Source of the DNA: an uncultured Candidatus Binatia bacterium
Lineage (GTDB): Bacteria; Desulfobacterota; Binatia; Bin18
Reading direction: 5' to 3'
DNA: 64,000 nt
Assembly (NCBI GenBank): GCA_965203745.1
Contig: CBDBDK010000001.1
Coordinates: 478,180 to 542,179, forward strand
This document shows, piece by piece, positions 58,640 through 64,000 of this stretch. The notes beneath the pieces are model-generated. The model saw nothing but the letters and a program-made list of their open reading frames with translations. It was not told the origin of the DNA and did not search any database. Position 1 is the first letter of the stretch; the number at the start of each line of letters is the position of its first letter. A program made the position numbers and the translations under genes.

Positions 58640-59794
58640 ATGGCCCACTCAGCACCGGAACCTTTTACCATCGCCATACCAGAGGCGGTGCTGACCGATC
58701 TGGAAGAGCGGCTCTGCCGCATACGTTGGCCGGGCGAGCTCCCCCATTCAGACTGGGATTACGGTGCGAATCTCTCCTATATTCAGCAACTCGTTGAATA
58801 CTGGCGCACTGAGTATGACTGGCGTGCCCAGGAACGGGCGATGAATCGCTGGGACCATTTCAAAACCACTATAGACGGACAGGGGATCCATTTTATCCAC
58901 GCGCGCGGGAAAGGCCCCGCGCCGTTGCCGCTGATTATTTCGCACGGTTGGCCCGGCTCGTTTTACGAGTTTATGGAGGTGATCGGGCCGTTGACCGACC
59001 CCGCCGCCCACGGCGGTGACCCGGCCGACGCATTCGATGTGGTGGTGCCGTCCCTGCCGGGCTATGGATTTTCCGCTCCCCCCCAAGAGCGTCAAGTCAA
59101 TATCAGTCGCATGGCCGAGTGGTTCGCCGTCTTGATGCGAGAGGTCCTTGGCTATGAGCGCTACGGTGCCCAGGGGGGCGACTGGGGCTCCATGATTTCG
59201 TCCCGGCTGGGTTATGCCTACCCTGAGCAGCTGATCGGTGTGCATCTCAATATGGTCGGGATTGCGCCCCATCCGGCTAATCGCCAGAATTTGAGCCCTG
59301 CGGAGGAGGACTTTCTGAAAGGGATGAGGAGCTGGCAACGAGAGGAGCGCGGCTACCAGGAAATTCAGGGCACCAAGCCTCAGACCCTGGGCTTTGCGCT
59401 CAACGACTCGCCGGTTGGAGTATGCGCCTGGATCGTTGAAAAGTTTCGGACCTGGAGTGACTGTGGCGGGAATCCGGAAAACTCCTATACCAAAGACCAA
59501 CTGCTGACCAACGTCATGCTTTACTGGGTCACGCAAACCTTCCATTCAGCCTCCCGCATTTATTATGAGGAGCGGCACCATCCGTGGCGGCTGGAAAAAG
59601 ACGAAAAAGTGAGTGTCCCCACCGGGATCGCCGCCTTTCCCAAAGAGATTGCCTGCCCGCCGCGGGAGTGGGCCGAGCGGGCGTATAATATTCAGCACTG
59701 GACTGACATGCCGGCCGGCGGCCATTTTGCGGCCATGGAGCAGCCTGCATTGCTGGTCGAGGATATGCGAACGTTCTTCCGCGGTCTGCGTTAA
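58640..59794 (+). CDS. Epoxide hydrolase (alpha/beta hydrolase with EHN N-terminal domain)
   Basis: IHFIHARGKGPAPLPLIISHGWPGSFYEF is the microsomal-EH-type N-terminal motif. Confidence 0.8.
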   Translation: MAHSAPEPFTIAIPEAVLTDLEERLCRIRWPGELPHSDWDYGANLSYIQQLVEYWRTEYDWRAQERAMNRWDHFKTTIDGQGIHFIHARGKGPAPLPLIISHGWPGSFYEFMEVIGPLTDPAAHGGDPADAFDVVVPSLPGYGFSAPPQERQVNISRMAEWFAVLMREVLGYERYGAQGGDWGSMISSRLGYAYPEQLIGVHLNMVGIAPHPANRQNLSPAEEDFLKGMRSWQREERGYQEIQGTKPQTLGFALNDSPVGVCAWIVEKFRTWSDCGGNPENSYTKDQLLTNVMLYWVTQTFHSASRIYYEERHHPWRLEKDEKVSVPTGIAAFPKEIACPPREWAERAYNIQHWTDMPAGGHFAAMEQPALLVEDMRTFFRGLR

Positions 59795-59799
59795 GGTCG

Positions 59800-60504
59800 A
59801 TGGCCGACCGCCACAAAATTATTCTCCACGGCTCACGACGCTCACCTTTTGTAGAAAAAGTCTATCGGGGCCTGATGCTGAAACGCCTGCCGTTCGAGAT
59901 CCACGAGCCCCACACGCTTCAGGACCTCCGTCGGCATAATCCCACGACGGGTAAGATGCCGGCGCTTGAGCTGGACGGACAGCTCCTCTTTGATTCAACC
60001 TTCATCCTGCGCGCGCTTGACGCCTACCAGCCGCGCCCGCCGTTACTGTCGGCCGACCCACTGATTGCCGCGCAACAACGCTTGATTGAGGATTGGGCGG
60101 ACGAGTCCCTGTATTGGTATGGCATGGCCCTGCGGTGGACAGTCCCGGCCAATACCAAACGCGCGCTCCAGATTTTCGTGTCCGCGGCACCACCGCTGCT
60201 GCGTCCTCTCATCAGGGTCATGGCTCCACGCCTGATGCGATCACAGGTTCGGGCTCAAGGGACGGGCCGGCTGCCTGCGGACGTGCTGGTACACGAACTC
60301 GATGGACACCTTGCGGCCCTGGTCAAAATGGTCGGCCGTGGTCCCTTCTTCTTTGGTCTGGACCAGCCCAGCGTTGCCGACTTGGCCGTCTACGGACAAT
60401 TATTTTTCCTGTACGACAAGGCCATCCCCGAAGGCCGGGCAACAGTTGAAAACCACCCCGCACTGACCGAACTCTGTCTGCGTTTGGATGTGATGACCGA
60501 CTAG
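59800..60504 (+). CDS. Glutathione S-transferase
   Basis: Thioredoxin-like N-terminal domain (IILHGSRRSPFVEKV...MPALELDGQLLFDSTFI). Confidence 0.7.
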   Translation: MADRHKIILHGSRRSPFVEKVYRGLMLKRLPFEIHEPHTLQDLRRHNPTTGKMPALELDGQLLFDSTFILRALDAYQPRPPLLSADPLIAAQQRLIEDWADESLYWYGMALRWTVPANTKRALQIFVSAAPPLLRPLIRVMAPRLMRSQVRAQGTGRLPADVLVHELDGHLAALVKMVGRGPFFFGLDQPSVADLAVYGQLFFLYDKAIPEGRATVENHPALTELCLRLDVMTD

Positions 60505-60542
60505 AGGCAGAATATTCAGGCGGGCCTGCCGCAAAAGCGGTG

Positions 60543-60980
60543 TCAGCCCTGGGCTTGCTGCGGGGTGATCTCAAAAGCGAAGGCCTCTCTATACCAGCCG
60601 ATCCAGCGAAAGAGACGAGCAAGAAAATATTTACGAAAGAAGAGTGGGAAAATAGTACCCCGGACCTGTCTCTCCTCCATCCAGACTGCGCTGCCTTGGA
60701 AACGGGTTGAACCTATCTGACAGGTGACGGTTGGCGTCTGTTTCAGGTTCTTGACCCACTGCGAGTTCGAGCCTCGCCCGGACGAGACATAAATTTTGTC
60801 CTGGGTGGCGACAAACCAGATTTTGACCGTGCGCGGTGCGCCCGTCTTTCGACCGACGACGGTCAGTTCAAGAAGCGATTCGCGATTAAGGTTGGAAAGA
60901 GTAAACGTCTCCAGCTTTGTCGATGTGAGGGAGGAGACGTTTACTCTTTCAAGGTCATGTGGGTCGTTTACGCTGGCCAT
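60543..60980 (-). CDS. DUF385-family deazaflavin (F420H2)-dependent reductase-like protein
   Basis: LLELTVVGRKTGAPRTVKIWFV matches the ...TTTGRKSGKPR... core of DUF385. The N-terminal region is encoded through the palindromic repeat element. Confidence 0.6.
   Translation of the reverse strand: MASVNDPHDLERVNVSSLTSTKLETFTLSNLNRESLLELTVVGRKTGAPRTVKIWFVATQDKIYVSSGRGSNSQWVKNLKQTPTVTCQIGSTRFQGSAVWMEERQVRGTIFPLFFRKYFLARLFRWIGWYREAFAFEITPQQAQG
60895..60950. repeat. Palindromic hairpin repeat element, copy 3 (perfect 18-bp inverted arms gaaagagtaaacgtctcc / ggagacgtttactctttc, 20-nt spacer)
   Basis: Same architecture and arm core (aacgtctcc / ggagacgtt) as copies 1-2, but diverged. Lies inside the 5' coding region of the DUF385 gene. 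Confidence 0.6.
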
Positions 60981-60987
60981 AGCATTG

Positions 60988-62088
60988 TCATGATTCCAGT
61001 GGACCGAAGCGGCCCGCCGTGCCCTTGAGATTCCGAGGCTCGATGATGATCGTCCGCTCCGGAGAGGCGACCGTCGTGCCGAGACGCCAAGCCTGGACGC
61101 CATGATCGTCCGCGATCTGTATCACGCGGTCAGCCTCCGCCTCAGCAACTACGACGCAGAAGCCAATCCCCATATTGTAGACCTGGTACATTTCCGCCTC
61201 GGTGATCCGTCCGACATCCTGCAACACCGTGAAGAGCGGGGGAGGCGGCGGAAGGGTATGAATATGATAGCCCACTGCGGCCGCGGTCCGAGTAAGATTG
61301 AAGAAGCCGTCCCCGGTGATGTGAATAAGGGCTTTGAGCGGAACGTCGGCCGCAAACATGGCGGTGATTTCCGGAACATAAATATGGGTTGGTTCCAGCA
61401 GTTCTTCTCCGACGGTGCGTCCAAGTTCTTGCAGATAGCTATCGACCTTGAGTCGGGCGCCTTTGAACAGCACGTGTCGGGCCAAGGTTAAGCCATTGCT
61501 ATGGATGCCGCTGCTGGCAAGCCCGATCAGCGTATCGCCTGGCTCGACCTCTTTGCCGATAATAATGCGGTCAAGCGGAACCGTGCCGATGGCGGTCCCG
61601 GCGAGATCCAGCCCGACGCCGTCCCGAACGCCGTGAATCATCTCTCTCAGTTGCGCAATTTCTCCACCCGCAATATTGACTCTGGCTTGCTCGGCTCCAC
61701 GATGCAGGCCTTGACCTAATGCGTCGAGCACATCCGGCTGCAAGCTCTCGACCGCGACATAATCAACAAACGAGATCGGGGTCGCGCCAACGCACAACAG
61801 GTCGTTGACGTTCATGGCGATACAGTCAATGCCAACCGTATCGTATTTCCCCAGCAACTCTGCCACCAGGAGTTTGGTCCCAACCCCATCGGTGGTAATG
61901 CCAATGCCGAGGTTGAGCGCGTCGAGACGAATGATGTTGGCAAAATATCCAAGGGGCAGAGCGGGTCGAGCAGTGGGGTGAAAGGAGAAGGTTTGTTCGA
62001 CCCAGGCACGGAGTCGATTTAAGCCTGCTTCGGCCTGTGTGCTATCGACGCCTGAAGCGGCATACCGTGGGTCTCTCGCGTGCTCCAT
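60988..62088 (-). CDS. purM: PurM-like protein (AIR synthase family)
   Basis: DGVGTKLLVAEL motif and overall PurM N/C-domain layout. Start at MEHARDPRY. Confidence 0.7.
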   Translation of the reverse strand: MEHARDPRYAASGVDSTQAEAGLNRLRAWVEQTFSFHPTARPALPLGYFANIIRLDALNLGIGITTDGVGTKLLVAELLGKYDTVGIDCIAMNVNDLLCVGATPISFVDYVAVESLQPDVLDALGQGLHRGAEQARVNIAGGEIAQLREMIHGVRDGVGLDLAGTAIGTVPLDRIIIGKEVEPGDTLIGLASSGIHSNGLTLARHVLFKGARLKVDSYLQELGRTVGEELLEPTHIYVPEITAMFAADVPLKALIHITGDGFFNLTRTAAAVGYHIHTLPPPPPLFTVLQDVGRITEAEMYQVYNMGIGFCVVVAEAEADRVIQIADDHGVQAWRLGTTVASPERTIIIEPRNLKGTAGRFGPLES

Positions 62089-62209
62089 GTGCCGCCTTAC
62101 TCTACCGAATCTCTTATCCGAAGGCAATTGTCCGGCTTTCCTCTTGACTCCATACTGAGCCACGCTCACTATGGAAAGAGAGTCCTGTGAGACTGTATGC
62201 CAGACGCCT

Positions 62210-64000
62210 ATGTATGAAGCCTTTTACGGTTTTCAGGAAAATCCGTTCCGCCTCACCCCAGACCCCCGTTACCTCTTTCTGAGCGACAATCACCAGGAGG
62301 CCCTTGGTCATCTTCTGTTTGGGGTGAATGAGGGCAATGGCGTGGTGGTCCTGACCGGAGAAATCGGCGCAGGGAAAACAACGCTCCTGCGGACCCTGGT
62401 GGGCGATCTTGATGCGCCGACAACGCTTGCGTATCTCTTTAATCCAGCGCTGTCCGACGTCGAACTCTTGCAAGCGATTAATGCTGATCTGGGACTATCG
62501 GCCGACTCGACGAGCAAAAGAGAGTTAACCGACGAACTCAACCGTTTTCTTCTCGCCCAACAGGCTGCGGGACGACGGGTGGTGGTGATTATCGATGAAG
62601 CTCAGAATCTGACAGCAGCGGTCTTGGAACAGCTCCGTCTCCTCTCTAACCTCGAGACTGAGCAAGAAAAGCTGCTGCACATTATTCTTGCCGGGCAACC
62701 AGAACTGCGTGAAATTCTGGCCCAACCAGAACTTGCTCAACTCGACCAGCGCGTGACCATACGCTGGCACCTTGAGCCACTGGGCGTAAAAGACACCGCG
62801 GCCTATGTCCGACACCGGCTCAGCGTTGCCGCAGATGGACGAGAAGTCTCGCTTTTTTCGCCTGCGGCTCTGCGGCGGGTGTACCGTTTTTCGCGCGGCA
62901 TCCCGCGACTCATCAATATTCTGTGCCACCGTGCGCTATTGGTTGGCTATACTCAAGAAGAGTCGCACATACGGTCACAGACGATTCGACAGGCGATCAA
63001 GGAATTACGTCGCCATACGACTCGTAGCCCGCGCTTTCGCTGGTCGTCTGCCACTGCGGCAATCGCACTCGTTGTTGGCGGCTTCCTGCTGGTCTGGGGG
63101 AGCCTTGATATTCCTGCGGCGTGGAATCAACTGGATAGGTGGGCGTCCCGCGAGGAGGCACAACACTCTCCTCTGTCGGACACTTTCCCCGTACTGGAAA
63201 CGCGGCCCGGCGTTTCTCAGGAAGAACAGAAAGGGGCGGAAACGCCGCCCTCCATTTTGGAGCCGCGGGTTGTAGACCTTGCCGTTGCAACATCCTCCCC
63301 TCAGGAATTATTCCACGCGCTCCAGCAGGACGAGACGCTGTCCAGTGCGGTGCGAGCAACACGCGAGCTGATTGCCACGTGGCGGGGATCGCCTTTGGAA
63401 AAAATTGAGTGGCAAGGCGGGAAACTCGACCTTGCTGCCATTGCCGCCGCTCGTCGGCTTGAGTATCTGCCTGTGCGGAGCGATATCCGCCTCCTGACCC
63501 TGCTGGACCTGCCAGTGATGATCGGTTTGACGGTTCCACCTTCTCAGCAGACGCGCTTTGCTTTGATCCGCCAGATGACAGCTACCCACTGCCGTATCCG
63601 GCTGGAGAGAGATTACATTGTGCCACTCGAAGCAATTCCGCGGCGCTGGTTCCGGGAAGCGCACGTCTTTTGGAAAAACTACGAAGAGATCCGAACAACC
63701 CTGGCTATGGGCAGTAGAGGCCCAGCGGTCGAGAAATTGCAAACCTTATTGGCCAACGTCCCCACGCCGTCTCATAGAGGGGCCCTGCTCGTCCATCAGG
63801 CGGGAGAGCCGACACTGTTTTTTGGCCCACAAACGCAGGACGCGGTGGCGCACTTCCAGAAAATGCAGCACCTCGTCCCCGACGGGATCGTTGGGCCACA
63901 GACCCTGATTCTTCTGTACCGTCGTCTGCCCGAGTATACGCCACCGAGTCTGAGTCGAAGAGAGAGGCTGGAGGGTGCATTTGCCGTTCAACTCCCAACG
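62210..64000 (+). CDS. ExeA-like AAA ATPase with C-terminal peptidoglycan-binding domain. Partial: no stop before the window end.
   Basis: Manual translation from the ATG at 62210 shows GFQENPFRLTPDPRYLFLSDNHQEALGHLLFGVNEGNGVVVLTGEIGAGKTTLLR (ExeA/AAA_16), Walker B VVVIIDEAQNL, a TM segment, and a PG_binding-like ...DGIVGPQTLILLY. It is not in the ORF track because it lacks an in-window stop. Confidence 0.7.
   Translation, partial: MYEAFYGFQENPFRLTPDPRYLFLSDNHQEALGHLLFGVNEGNGVVVLTGEIGAGKTTLLRTLVGDLDAPTTLAYLFNPALSDVELLQAINADLGLSADSTSKRELTDELNRFLLAQQAAGRRVVVIIDEAQNLTAAVLEQLRLLSNLETEQEKLLHIILAGQPELREILAQPELAQLDQRVTIRWHLEPLGVKDTAAYVRHRLSVAADGREVSLFSPAALRRVYRFSRGIPRLINILCHRALLVGYTQEESHIRSQTIRQAIKELRRHTTRSPRFRWSSATAAIALVVGGFLLVWGSLDIPAAWNQLDRWASREEAQHSPLSDTFPVLETRPGVSQEEQKGAETPPSILEPRVVDLAVATSSPQELFHALQQDETLSSAVRATRELIATWRGSPLEKIEWQGGKLDLAAIAAARRLEYLPVRSDIRLLTLLDLPVMIGLTVPPSQQTRFALIRQMTATHCRIRLERDYIVPLEAIPRRWFREAHVFWKNYEEIRTTLAMGSRGPAVEKLQTLLANVPTPSHRGALLVHQAGEPTLFFGPQTQDAVAHFQKMQHLVPDGIVGPQTLILLYRRLPEYTPPSLSRRERLEGAFAVQLPT

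Overview
This is a high-G+C bacterial chromosomal segment made up mostly of catabolic and accessory genes. It carries a cytochrome P450, four family-III CoA-transferases, six LLM-type flavin/deazaflavin-dependent oxidoreductases and several amidohydrolases/amidases. It also has a Rieske oxygenase with LigAB extradiol dioxygenase, MaoC-type hydratases, two tandem TonB-dependent receptors, a DUF385 deazaflavin-type reductase, and nadK, rarA and a purM-like gene. A truncated ExeA-like ATPase ORF runs off the right edge. Four things stand out against this background. (1) An archaeal-style nurA-herA-mre11(sbcD)-rad50(sbcC) four-gene block of visibly lower G+C sits between two related MaoC hydratase genes. 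(2) A 2.5-kb low-G+C cassette is flanked by perfect 81-bp direct repeats that duplicate the 3' end of the Rieske oxygenase gene. It carries a DNA-methyltransferase N-terminal fragment plus a tightly coupled GHKL-ATPase / STAS-like / PIN-nuclease / small-protein operon and has no integrase. I read it as a candidate partner-switching-controlled toxin or defence module. (3) A small islet holds a small-protein+HNH pair, Phd/YefM-like+DUF429, and a low-G+C PD-(D/E)xK nuclease. (4) An IS4-family insertion sequence with 34-bp inverted repeats lies next to a low-G+C CAP-domain secreted protein and a G+C-rich cluster of hairpin repeats with an 11-C homopolymer. A three-copy family of about 56-bp palindromic hairpin repeats is also present. 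No rRNA, tRNA or CRISPR array was recognised. Many long ORFs in the track are antisense artefacts of the high G+C. All functional calls come from motifs read by eye, with no database search.
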